Below are positions 25,615-34,866 of a stretch of DNA of 42,607 nt, one piece after another (the first letter of the stretch is position 1; each line of letters starts with the position of its first letter). The DNA is taken from positions 1 to 42,607 of the forward strand of contig JAFGXB010000030.1 of NCBI GenBank assembly GCA_016936875.1, read 5' to 3'. The stretch comes from Burkholderiaceae bacterium (GTDB lineage Bacteria; Pseudomonadota; Gammaproteobacteria; Burkholderiales; Burkholderiaceae_C). The notes beneath the pieces were generated by a model, which saw only the letters and a program-made list of their open reading frames with translations, did no database searches and was not told where the DNA came from. A program made the translations under genes and the position numbers.

Positions 25615-28248
25615 TCACGGTGCCGGCTCGGGCTTTCGCCCGTTTGCTTTCCAGTAGTTTGGCCGGGCTTCGCGCCAGGCGACGACGGTGTCGGGTGCGC
25701 GGTCGCGCCACTGCAGCGCGCCCTGCAGATCGGTGCGCCACAGCGCAATGCCGCGCGCGGTGTAGCGCTCGACCACCAGCGGGTGCGGATGGCCGTGCGC
25801 ATTGCGATAGCCCGCCTGCACCACGGCGGCGCGCGGCATCACCGTGTCGAGCAGGGCGTCGCTCGATGAGGTCTTGCTGCCGTGGTACGGTACCATCAAC
25901 ACATCGGCGTAGGGCAGGGTGTCTGCCGCGTGCAGGGCGCGCTCCTGGGCCTGGTCAATATCTCCGGTGAGCAGCGCCGCGCCGCCGCGCGCGGCCACAT
26001 GCAGCACGCAGGAGGCGGCGTTGTCATTGCGCGGCAGGTCGCCCGGCAGGGGGCTGATGACGCGAAACTCCACGCCGTCCCAGTTCCAGTGCTGTCCGGC
26101 CCGGCAGGTTTGGTGGCGGGAAAAACCAAAGCGCGCTGCCGTCTCCGCCGGGATGGAGGTGAGCAAGTCGGCTTCGGGATGGGGGCGGGCAATGGCCGTC
26201 GCCCCCCCTGAATGGTCGCTGTCATCGTGGCTGACCACCACCCGGTCGAGATGGCGCACGCCCAGGCTGTGCAACAGCGGCAGCAGCACGCGGTTTCCGG
26301 CGTCCACCCCGGGCGCCTGTTGCGGGCCGGTGTCGTACAGCAGGGTGTGGCGCGCGGTGCGCACGACCACGGCCATGCCCTGACCCACATCGGCAAACCA
26401 CAGCTCCATCTCGCCGGGCGCGGGCGGTGTGCCGGGGTTGCTCGTCAGCGGCAACAGCAACAACAGGCCGGGGGCGCGCAGCCGCCAGGTCCACGGCAGC
26501 GCCAGCGTCAGCGCGCCCAGCGCGGCAAGGGCGAGGGTGAGCGCGTCGGGCGCGGCGGCGTGCCATTGCGCCAGTGGCCAGGCGGCCATCTGCCGCAGGG
26601 CGATGTCGAGGCCCTGTTGCAGCCAGGCCGCAAGCTGCCAGAGCCAGCCGTCCAGCGGCGCGGGCAGCAGCAGGCCACCCACGGCCAAGGGGGCAACCGC
26701 CAGGGTGACGACGGGAATCGCCAAGGCATTGGCCAGCGGCGACAGCACGGCGATCTGCTGAAAAAACAGCAGGGTGAGGGGCAGCAGGGCGATGGTCGCC
26801 ACCCATTGCGAATGGCTGGCGCTGCGCAAGGCGGCCCAGGCACGCCGCAGACGCCCAGGCGCAGCGGCGTCCGCCTTGGGCGCGGCGAGTGCTGCGGTTT
26901 CCGGGTGGCGCCGTTCGCCCGCCACAAACAGCATCCCCACGGCGACGAAAGACAGCCAGAACCCCGCCTGCCGCACCGCCCACGGGTCCCAGAGCAGCAC
27001 GGCCACCAGCGCGAGCGCCATCACATCGCGCCAGTCGGCGCGCAGCCCGCGCTGGCGCAGCAGCAGCACCACGGCGAGCATCAGCAGGGTGCGCTGCGCG
27101 GGCACGCCCCAACCGGCGATCAGCGCATAAGCGGTGGCCGCCAGCAGCGCCACCCACGCCGCAACGGTGGGCGCGGGCACGACAAGGGTCCACGGACGGG
27201 ACAGGCGCGCCGTCTGCCGCAGCAGCCAGCTCGCCAGATGCAGTGCCATCCAGGCCAGCAGGGTGATGTGCAGACCGGAAATGCTCATCAGGTGCGCAAC
27301 TCCGGTGATGCGGTAGGTGGACCAGTCCGCCGGGGAGATCGCGGCCTGGTCGCCCAGCGCCAGCGCGATGATCGTGCCTGCGGCGGGGAGGGGTGGTGCC
27401 CCCACGCTCGCTGGCGCTCGCTGCCCCCCGAGGGGGCTTACCCCGCTTTGGGGTGGCCCGGTGGCGGGGACGGTTTCCCCCACGCTCGCTGGTGCTCGCT
27501 GCCCCCCGAGGGGGCTCACCCCGTCTTGGGGCGGCCCGGCGGCGGGGTGGGCTTGTAGAGCGTGCAGCATGCGCTGGCGCAAATGGTTGCGCAGTTGGGC
27601 GATCCAGTCTGCGGGGGTGCTGCGTTGGCCGAGCAGTTGCGGCGGCGGGCCCATGCGGCTCACGGTTCCGGTGGCGCCGATGCCGTCGCGGAACAGGGAC
27701 AGTTCCGTGTCATTGCCGCCTGGATTGGCCAAGCCGTGCGGCTGTTTGAGGCGTACTGACAGCCGCCATTCCTGGCCTGGATGCACCCGGGGCGGCAAAG
27801 CGGCCTCTTGCTGCGACTTGCTTCTTTGTGCATACCAACTCAGCGACAACCGGTCTGGCACGCCGCGTGGCGCGGGCTGGGTGACTTCAAAAATGAAGCG
27901 GGTCGCATCGGGGTACAGCACCGGCAGCCCCAGGACCACGCCGCGCACGGTCAACACCTGGGTTTCCACATCCGGGCTGAGGCGGTCGGCCAGCAAAGGA
28001 TGGGCGCGCCACCCTGCCAGACCGAATGCCAGCGCGAAGCCGCCGAGCGCGAGCAAGGCCTGCGTTGCGAGCCGCTGCGGCCAAGCATGGCGTGGCAGCC
28101 CGTTGCCCCGGCTGTGCCATAGCAGCGTGCCGAGGCTGGCCAGCAGGCCTGCGATCAGCATGGCGGCATAGGCCGGGCGCGGCCAGAGCGCCGCCTGCGC
28201 GGTTTGCAGCGCACAGCCCAGCAGTACGGCAAGGGCATAGGTGGGCAA
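25615..28248 (-). CDS. comEC: DNA uptake channel ComEC/Rec2 (OB + competence + metallo-beta-lactamase domains)
   Basis: LKQPHGLANPGG, GVAHLMSISGLH, GFWLSF, DVGQG, LLYDTG, SHDDSDHSGG and GYRNAHGHPH motifs. TTG start with AAGGAG RBS. Confidence 0.93.
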   Translation of the reverse strand: MPTYALAVLLGCALQTAQAALWPRPAYAAMLIAGLLASLGTLLWHSRGNGLPRHAWPQRLATQALLALGGFALAFGLAGWRAHPLLADRLSPDVETQVLTVRGVVLGLPVLYPDATRFIFEVTQPAPRGVPDRLSLSWYAQRSKSQQEAALPPRVHPGQEWRLSVRLKQPHGLANPGGNDTELSLFRDGIGATGTVSRMGPPPQLLGQRSTPADWIAQLRNHLRQRMLHALQAHPAAGPPQDGVSPLGGQRAPASVGETVPATGPPQSGVSPLGGQRAPASVGAPPLPAAGTIIALALGDQAAISPADWSTYRITGVAHLMSISGLHITLLAWMALHLASWLLRQTARLSRPWTLVVPAPTVAAWVALLAATAYALIAGWGVPAQRTLLMLAVVLLLRQRGLRADWRDVMALALVAVLLWDPWAVRQAGFWLSFVAVGMLFVAGERRHPETAALAAPKADAAAPGRLRRAWAALRSASHSQWVATIALLPLTLLFFQQIAVLSPLANALAIPVVTLAVAPLAVGGLLLPAPLDGWLWQLAAWLQQGLDIALRQMAAWPLAQWHAAAPDALTLALAALGALTLALPWTWRLRAPGLLLLLPLTSNPGTPPAPGEMELWFADVGQGMAVVVRTARHTLLYDTGPQQAPGVDAGNRVLLPLLHSLGVRHLDRVVVSHDDSDHSGGATAIARPHPEADLLTSIPAETAARFGFSRHQTCRAGQHWNWDGVEFRVISPLPGDLPRNDNAASCVLHVAARGGAALLTGDIDQAQERALHAADTLPYADVLMVPYHGSKTSSSDALLDTVMPRAAVVQAGYRNAHGHPHPLVVERYTARGIALWRTDLQGALQWRDRAPDTVVAWREARPNYWKANGRKPEPAP
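27399..27552 (-). repeat. Two tandem in-frame palindromic elements (71 bp units, 78 bp period) inside comEC
   Basis: 27399-27469 and 27477-27547 differ at 6 of 71 positions. They encode GPPQDGVSPLGGQRAPASVG and GPPQSGVSPLGGQRAPASVG. Confidence 0.95.
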
Positions 28249-28481
28249 GGTGGACTCCTTCGGGCCGAGGCAGGGCGCCGTCTGAATGCGTTCGGGACAT
28301 CATCTCAGATTGTTCCTGCGGCGGGGAGGCGGGGCCATCCCGCCAAAGCCGTCGCTGTGCCCGGAACGGGTTTGGAACATTGCACAGGCTTTACAAGTCT
28401 CTACAGTTGCGCGCCGTCAGGCGGGGGTGCGTGTTGTGTTTGTATGGTTCAATTTCTACAACAGAATTCGGGAGTCCGTGC

Positions 28482-29069
28482 ATGAGTCAGCAACTAGAAC
28501 GCTCTTTCCCCCTGCGCCTGGGCGCGGTTTGTGCGGCGCTGGGCGCGCTGGCGCTGGCGGGGTGCGCCACGCCGGTGAATCTCAATCAGCCCGTGCCGGT
28601 GCAGCAGCTCAACCCGCCCACCCCGCGCGTGACCGTGCCGCCTTCGACCTACGCGCCAGCCACACCACAAGCCCCAACCAGCCAGGCGCAGCCCCTTGCC
28701 CCCAGCGCGCCGATCACCGTGCAGCCGCTCGGCCCGGCGGGTGTGGCGCCGGCAGCCAGCGCGCCAGCGGCGTCGCAATTTGCTCCCGCCGTCCCGGCAC
28801 CTGAGGTGTCGGCCCCGCAGTCGAGCGCGCCCGCGTTGCCGCCGGGCGCTGTGCGCTTCAACTGCCAGGACGGCAGCTCCTTCATCGCCACATTCGGCGA
28901 TGTCTCGGTCACGCTGCAGACGGCGCTGGGCAATCTCACCCTCGATCAAACCGTCTCCGCCGACGGCGCGCGTTACCGCAACAGCGCCTTCCAGGTGTGG
29001 TTCAAGGGCCGCCAGGCCACAGTGACCAATTTCCTGCAGAACACCAATACCGTGTGTCAGCAGCAGTGA
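28482..29069 (+). CDS. Lipoprotein with Pro/Ala/Gln-rich linker and C-terminal MliC/PliC-like lysozyme-inhibitor domain
   Basis: Lipobox LAGC, then FNCQDG...VSADGARY...VWFKG...C pattern matching the MliC SxSGARY / WxKG motifs. GGAG RBS. Confidence 0.8.
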   Translation: MSQQLERSFPLRLGAVCAALGALALAGCATPVNLNQPVPVQQLNPPTPRVTVPPSTYAPATPQAPTSQAQPLAPSAPITVQPLGPAGVAPAASAPAASQFAPAVPAPEVSAPQSSAPALPPGAVRFNCQDGSSFIATFGDVSVTLQTALGNLTLDQTVSADGARYRNSAFQVWFKGRQATVTNFLQNTNTVCQQQ

Positions 29070-29071
29070 GT

Positions 29072-29087
29072 CGCGCCGCAAGGCGCG
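29072..29087 (+). terminator. GC hairpin with GCAA tetraloop immediately after the stop codon (possible weak terminator or stability hairpin)
   Basis: CGCGCC-GCAA-GGCGCG with no adjacent U-tract. Confidence 0.35.
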
Positions 29088-29314
29088 GAACAATCTCACC
29101 ACTTTTACTTTCGGATACAGACAAGGGTCTTTACTCCCCTTAAATTGGGGATAAGTCTCTTTTTTGATCCGGCGGCGTGAAAACTCTCACACCGCCACTC
29201 GGTGCCGCAGCGCGCCTGTGAACCGCCGCGATTCAGTAGAGGCGGTCAGGGCGCGGGATTGCTTGTCCGCAAGTGGTTCTCAAGCGCACGCCATGCCCTT
29301 TGTGGAGTAAACGC

Positions 29315-30907
29315 ATGCAGTCTTCCCGCCGCCTGTTCATCCAGAAATCAATTCTGACCCTGCCCGCGCTGGGCGCGCTCGCTGCTTGTGGAGGCGGAAG
29401 TGGCTCGGGGGCCGGAACGGGGGCCGTTCCAGGCGCGGCGGCCGTGCCGCCCACCAGCAACTCGACGCCCTCCACCAGCAACTCGACGCCCTATATCGTG
29501 CCGGTCGGCCAGGATCTTTCCGCAGGACTGACCCAGCACGGTAAGTCTCCCGTGAATTACTCCGCGCTGGCCAAGCCCGCCAAAGGTGCGACTGTCACCG
29601 ACCCTGATTTTGGTGCCAAGATCATCCGCATCACCGATTGCGTGAACGATTTCAACAATCTCTGCGTCGCTCCCGCCTACCCCACGGCGATGGCGTGGAA
29701 CTGCGACGAAACGCGCTTCATTCTGTATGTGCCGGGATCAACCATGCAGTCTGGGGGCAAGCAGGGTTGGGCGATGTATGACGGCACCAGCTACGCCTTC
29801 ATCAAATTCCTCGACATCAACCCGGGCGACGTGGAGCAGTTCTACTGGGATCACGCCGATCCGGCGACGCTGCGCTACATCGACAACCATTCGTCGGGCA
29901 GCACCATCCTGGCCGACCTGACGGCGATCAACGTCGAGACCGGCGTCAAGACCATCATCTACAGCTTCCTGCCCAACGGACTGCCCGATGCGTCCTGGCC
30001 CAAAACCGGCCCGGTGCGTTGCGGCTATCCGTTTGCGCTCGGGGTGAACGCGAATGGCGACCGCATCTGGGGTCTGGGCGCGGGCGGTGTGCCCAATGTG
30101 TCTGGCGAGCTGGGGCTGAATGTCTTTGGCTTCAACGAAACGACCAAGACGTTCGTTCGCTACGACACCAGCATCGTGCCGCAGCCGCAGGCGCGGGGAT
30201 CGACGCCCTTCCCGTCGGTGTCCGGCAAATACTTCATCTGGAACGCCGCGGTTGGCCTGGAGTCACAGTCGACGACGCAGTCCGCCATTCTCGACGCCAC
30301 GACCGGCAAGCTGGTGCGCTGGGTCAACTTCGACACCAACGAACACTGCGACACCGCAATGGACGCCAATGGCAACGATCTGCTGGTGGGCTCGCAGTTT
30401 TCGCGCAACACCGGCGGCAATGGCAACGTCATCGTCTGCAATATCAATACCGGTGCGGTCTCGAACGATGTGGGTGAATCCAGCGGCTGGGGCTATCCGA
30501 CTACCGGGAGCCTGAGCGGCTCCACGGCGTGGAAGAACCCGAGCTGGGTTGTGACGGGGATGACCGGAAATATCTACGGCACCGGCAGCAACGGTGTGGC
30601 CACCCCCGGCTCGAACGGCAACAGCGGCCCGACCGCCAACCCCTGCACCGTGCTCGACCAGGAGTTGATGATCACCAACATGACCAGCGGCACCACTTGG
30701 CGCATTGCGCACCACCGCAGCACCGGCAACTACAGCAACGCCTCGCAGAGCAACTATTGGGCGCAGCCCAATGTGACATTCAGCACCAGCGGCACGCGCA
30801 TTCTGTTCAATAGCGACTGGGGCGACGGCAATCCGGCGAACCCGGTCGTGAACCCGAATGCGCCGATCGACACTTACGTCCTTATCCTGCCGTCCTTCGG
30901 CGCGTGA
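29315..30907 (+). CDS. Tat-exported lipoprotein, probable TolB/oligogalacturonate-lyase-like beta-propeller
   Basis: SRRLFI twin-arginine plus LAAC lipobox. VTDPDFGAKIIRITD at the start and QPNVTFSTSGTRILFNSDW at the end resemble TolB/PL22-like propellers. GGAG RBS before ATG 29315. Confidence 0.72.
   Translation: MQSSRRLFIQKSILTLPALGALAACGGGSGSGAGTGAVPGAAAVPPTSNSTPSTSNSTPYIVPVGQDLSAGLTQHGKSPVNYSALAKPAKGATVTDPDFGAKIIRITDCVNDFNNLCVAPAYPTAMAWNCDETRFILYVPGSTMQSGGKQGWAMYDGTSYAFIKFLDINPGDVEQFYWDHADPATLRYIDNHSSGSTILADLTAINVETGVKTIIYSFLPNGLPDASWPKTGPVRCGYPFALGVNANGDRIWGLGAGGVPNVSGELGLNVFGFNETTKTFVRYDTSIVPQPQARGSTPFPSVSGKYFIWNAAVGLESQSTTQSAILDATTGKLVRWVNFDTNEHCDTAMDANGNDLLVGSQFSRNTGGNGNVIVCNINTGAVSNDVGESSGWGYPTTGSLSGSTAWKNPSWVVTGMTGNIYGTGSNGVATPGSNGNSGPTANPCTVLDQELMITNMTSGTTWRIAHHRSTGNYSNASQSNYWAQPNVTFSTSGTRILFNSDWGDGNPANPVVNPNAPIDTYVLILPSFGA
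29451..29492 (+). repeat. Perfect 21-bp tandem duplication in the linker (TSNSTPS/TSNSTPY)
   Basis: CCACCAGCAACTCGACGCCCT occurs twice in tandem. Confidence 0.95.
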
Positions 30908-31141
30908 CCCTTGCGGGAGCAAACCCGCACTGCTGACGCCACTCTCGCTTCTCCCCCTGTTCACTCCCGCGCAGCCGCACTAGCATGGCTTCACCGGCCC
31001 AGAGCCGGTCGCCGTTCACAAGACGGCGTGCGGGCCGTGCGCAAGCAGGGCACCGTATTTGCCCGGCCAGCCTGATCGGCGGCCGATCGGTGATCCACGG
31101 CGCCGCCCACGGAAGGTGCGCGCCCTACAAGGAGACAGGCG

Positions 31142-34100
31142 ATGAACGCTCCCCTACCCGAGCATATCCGTCGTGCGCTGGCGACCATGTCGCTGGACGA
31201 CAAATACACCCTCACATCCGGCCGCGCTTTCATGAGCGGCATTCAGGCGCTGGTGCGTCTGCCCATGTTGCAGCGCCAGCGCGATGCCACCGCCGGGCTC
31301 AACACCGCGGGCTTCGTCTCGGGCTATCGGGGCTCGCCGCTGGGCGGCTACGACCAGGCGCTGTGGAAGGCGAAAAAAATCCTCGAAGCCAACAACGTGG
31401 TGTTCAAACCCGGGGTCAACGAGGAGCTGGCGGCCACTGCGGTCTGGGGCACGCAGCAACTCGACCTGTTTCCCGACAAGAACAAGTTTGATGGCGTGTT
31501 CGGCATCTGGTACGGCAAAGGTCCAGGGGTGGACCGCTGCTCGGACGTGTTCAAGCATGCCAACAGCGCGGGCACCGCGCGGCATGGCGGGGTGATCGCG
31601 GTGGCGGGCGACGACCATGTGGCCAAGTCGTCCACCCTGGCGCATCAGAGCGACCATATTTTCAAGGCCTGCGGCCTGCCGGTGTTCTTTCCCACCTCGG
31701 TGCAAGACATCCTCGATCTGGGCGTGCACGCCTTTGCCCTGAGCCGCTACGCCGGGGTCTGGTCGGGCATGAAGACCATTCAGGAAATTGTGGAGTCGTC
31801 CGCTGCCGTCGATGTGGACGCCGACCGCGTGCGCATCCTGCTGCCCGAAGACTTTGCCCTGCCGGAGGACGGCGTGCACATCCGCATGCCCGACACGCCG
31901 CTGGCGCAGGAAGCGCGGCTGATGGATGTGAAGTGGTATGCGGCGCTGGCCTATATCCGCGCCAACCGCCTGAACCACACCGTCATCGACAGCCCGCACG
32001 CGCGGCTGGGCATCATGGCCTCGGGCAAGGCGTACAACGATACCCGGCAAGCCCTGAACGACCTCGGGCTGGACGTCGACACCTGCGCGCAGCTCGGCAT
32101 CCGTCTGCACAAGGTGGCGGTGGTGTGGCCGCTGGAGGCAAGCATCACGCGCGAATTCGCCACCGGGTTGCAGGAGATTCTGGTGATCGAGGAGAAGCGC
32201 CAGGTCATCGAATATCAGCTCAAGGAAGAGCTCTACAACTGGCGCGAAGATGTGCGGCCCAATGTCATCGGCAAGTTTGACGAAATTGCGGGAGATCGCA
32301 CCGGCGGCGAGTGGAGCCAGCCCAATCCCGGCGGCAACTGGCTGCTGCCGGCCAAGGCCGATCTGTCGCCCGCCATCATCGCCCGCGCCATCGCCGGGCG
32401 TCTGGAGCGGCTGGGCATCCTGCGTGATGCCGGGGTGGACGTGCAGCGCCGCATCAGCGAACGGCTGGCCGTGATCGACGCGCGCGAGCGCACCCTGCAG
32501 GCGCCAGGTACCAGTGCCCAGCGCCCGCCCTGGTTCTGCTCGGGCTGCCCGCACAACACCTCCACCCGCGTGCCCGAAGGCTCGCGCGGCATGGCCGGTA
32601 TCGGCTGTCATTACATGGTGGTGTGGATGGACCGCGCCACGCAGACCTTCAGCCAGATGGGCGGCGAGGGCGTGGCCTGGGTGGGGCAGGCGCCGTTCAC
32701 CAAAGACAAGCATGTGTTCGTCAATCTGGGTGACGGCACCTATTACCACTCGGGGCTGCTCGCCATCCGCCAGGCCATCTCCGCAGGGGTGAATGCCACC
32801 TACAAGATTCTGTTCAACGACGCCGTGGCGATGACCGGCGGGCAGCCGGTGGAGGGCGGCCTGACCGTGCCGCAGATCAGCCGCGAACTTGAGGCCGAGG
32901 GCGTGCGCCGCATCGTGGTTGTTACCGACGAGCCGCAGAAATATGACAACGCAGTCGGCCTGACCAGTGGCGCCACCGTGCGCCACCGCGACGATCTCGA
33001 TGCCATCCAGCGCGAACTGCGCGAAGAAGCCGGCATCACCGTAATCATCTACGACCAGACCTGCGCCACCGAAAAGCGCCGCCGTCGCAAACGCGGGCAG
33101 ATGGTCGATCCGGCGCGGCGCGTGGTGATCAATCCGCTGGTGTGTGAAGGCTGCGGCGACTGCTCCGAACAGAGCAACTGTCTGTCGGTCGAACCGCTGG
33201 AAACCGAATTCGGCCGCAAGCGCACCATCAACCAAAGCAGCTGCAACAAAGACTTTTCCTGCCTCAAGGGCTTCTGCCCCAGCTTCGTCACGGTGGAAGG
33301 CGGCGCGCTGCGCAAACCCAAGCCGCAGCCGGGCGCGGATCTAAAGGCCCTGCCCGAATTGCCCTGGCCCGCGGTGCCCGATCCGGTGCGCGACGATGTG
33401 GCGGGCGGCGGCAGCTACGGCATCGTCGTCGCCGGAGTGGGCGGCACCGGCGTCATCACCATCGGCCAGTTGCTCGGCATGGCCGCGCACATCGAGGGCA
33501 AGGGCGTGGTCACGCAGGACGCCGCCGGGCTGGCGCAAAAGGGGGGCGCAACCTGGAGCCATGTGCTCATCGCAAACGATCCCGGGCAGATCGTCACCAC
33601 CCGCGTCGGCACCGCCGAAGCCGAACTCATCCTCGGCTGCGACCCTATCGTCACCGCAGACCGCGAGACGCTGGCGCGCGTGCGCGAAGGCCGCACCCAC
33701 ATCGCACTCGACACCCACAGCACGCCCACCGCGGCCTTCGTCCACAACCCCGACTGGCAATACCCCGACGCCTCCTGCCACAAAGCCATCGAACAGGCTG
33801 CGGGCGCAGGCATGGTGGCGGGGTTCGACTGTGTGCGCGCCGCCGAGAAGCTGCTGGGCGACGCGCTCTACGCCAACCCCATGCTGCTGGGCTTCGCCTG
33901 GCAGAAGGGCTGGGTGCCGCTGGGCTACGCCGCGCTGATGCGTGCCATCGAGCTCAACGCCGTGCAGGTCGAGAAGAACAAAACGGCGTTCGAATGGGGC
34001 CGCCATGCGGCACACGACGGGCAGGCGGTGGCCGCGCTCACTGCGGCGGAGCAGGTGATTCAACTGGTCAAGCGGCCGTCGCTCGACGAAGTGGTCAAGC

Positions 34101-34765
34101 GCCGCGTCGAATTCCTCACCGCCTACCAGAACGCGGCCTACGCGCAGCAGTACGCCGCCTTCGTGGAGCAGGTGCGCGCCGCCGAAGCGCCGCACAAGTC
34201 CACCGCGCTCACCGAGGCCGTGGCGCGCAATCTGTTCAAACTCATGGCCTACAAGGACGAGTACGAAGTGGCGCGGTTGCAGGCCGATCCGGCTTTTACC
34301 AAGCAGCTGCAAACGCAGTTCGAGGGCGACTTCAAACGCCACTACTTTCTCGCGCCGCCACTATGGAGCAAGCGCAATGCCAAGGGCGAGCTGATCAAGC
34401 GCGAGTTTGGCGCGTGGATGGGCACGGCCTTCCGGCTGCTCGCCCCGCTCAAGGTGCTGCGCGGCACGGCGCTCGACCCCTTTGGTCACACCGCAGAGCG
34501 CAAACAGGAGCGCGAGCTGATCCAGCAATACCGGGACAGCATCACCGAACTGTTGCGCAGCCTGGGCGCTGATACCTCGCCCGAGCGCATGCAACTCGCC
34601 GCGCAGATTGCCCGCCTGCCCGACGGTATCCGCGGCTACGGCCACATCAAGCAGCGCCATCTTGCGCAAGTGCTGCCGCAGTGGGAGGAGTTGATGCGGC
34701 TGTGGCGCCAGGTGGAAACCGTGCAGACGGACGCCACAAAAACGGCGATCGCGGCGCAGGTCTGA
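31142..34765 (+). CDS. Indolepyruvate:ferredoxin oxidoreductase family protein (fused alpha/beta)
   Basis: SGYRGSPLGG, VNEELAAT, FCSGCPHN, GDGTYYHSG (TPP binding), CEGCGDC...C ferredoxin, GVGGTGV and MAYKDEYEVAR motifs. AAGGAG RBS. Confidence 0.95.
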   Translation: MNAPLPEHIRRALATMSLDDKYTLTSGRAFMSGIQALVRLPMLQRQRDATAGLNTAGFVSGYRGSPLGGYDQALWKAKKILEANNVVFKPGVNEELAATAVWGTQQLDLFPDKNKFDGVFGIWYGKGPGVDRCSDVFKHANSAGTARHGGVIAVAGDDHVAKSSTLAHQSDHIFKACGLPVFFPTSVQDILDLGVHAFALSRYAGVWSGMKTIQEIVESSAAVDVDADRVRILLPEDFALPEDGVHIRMPDTPLAQEARLMDVKWYAALAYIRANRLNHTVIDSPHARLGIMASGKAYNDTRQALNDLGLDVDTCAQLGIRLHKVAVVWPLEASITREFATGLQEILVIEEKRQVIEYQLKEELYNWREDVRPNVIGKFDEIAGDRTGGEWSQPNPGGNWLLPAKADLSPAIIARAIAGRLERLGILRDAGVDVQRRISERLAVIDARERTLQAPGTSAQRPPWFCSGCPHNTSTRVPEGSRGMAGIGCHYMVVWMDRATQTFSQMGGEGVAWVGQAPFTKDKHVFVNLGDGTYYHSGLLAIRQAISAGVNATYKILFNDAVAMTGGQPVEGGLTVPQISRELEAEGVRRIVVVTDEPQKYDNAVGLTSGATVRHRDDLDAIQRELREEAGITVIIYDQTCATEKRRRRKRGQMVDPARRVVINPLVCEGCGDCSEQSNCLSVEPLETEFGRKRTINQSSCNKDFSCLKGFCPSFVTVEGGALRKPKPQPGADLKALPELPWPAVPDPVRDDVAGGGSYGIVVAGVGGTGVITIGQLLGMAAHIEGKGVVTQDAAGLAQKGGATWSHVLIANDPGQIVTTRVGTAEAELILGCDPIVTADRETLARVREGRTHIALDTHSTPTAAFVHNPDWQYPDASCHKAIEQAAGAGMVAGFDCVRAAEKLLGDALYANPMLLGFAWQKGWVPLGYAALMRAIELNAVQVEKNKTAFEWGRHAAHDGQAVAALTAAEQVIQLVKRPSLDEVVKRRVEFLTAYQNAAYAQQYAAFVEQVRAAEAPHKSTALTEAVARNLFKLMAYKDEYEVARLQADPAFTKQLQTQFEGDFKRHYFLAPPLWSKRNAKGELIKREFGAWMGTAFRLLAPLKVLRGTALDPFGHTAERKQERELIQQYRDSITELLRSLGADTSPERMQLAAQIARLPDGIRGYGHIKQRHLAQVLPQWEELMRLWRQVETVQTDATKTAIAAQV

Positions 34766-34782
34766 GCACGTCGCTCCGCCGC

Positions 34783-34812
34783 CGTCGTGCCCGGCATCCA
34801 CCGGGCACGATG
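34783..34812 (+). terminator. Strong inverted repeat downstream of the IOR gene (terminator- or REP-like)
   Basis: TCGTGCCCGG-CATCCA-CCGGGCACGA forms a perfect 10-bp stem, with no U-tract. Confidence 0.45.
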
Positions 34813-34866
34813 CGTGCGCTGGCAGACGAAACGGCATAATTCGCGCCATTCAAGGGAGGGCGCAAC

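Noticed and set aside
25530-25802. N-terminal extensions in the ORF track (24108-25802; similarly 13763, 12614, 17011, 28026, 36274, 39731 starts)
   Set aside because: Downstream starts have RBS, signal-peptide or family N-terminal support. The longer versions overlap neighbouring genes or promoters.
27399-27547. Repeat pairs here and at 2773-2880 as mini-CRISPR arrays
   Set aside because: Only two long imperfect units, no spacers of CRISPR length, no leader and no cas genes.
16900-33235. Long antisense or alternate-frame ORFs (e.g. 16900-18711, 19556-21883, 24090-25970, 31154-33235; also 7242-8738 and 39563-41254)
   Set aside because: They shadow well-supported genes on the opposite strand, have no recognisable motifs, and are expected from GC-rich codon bias.
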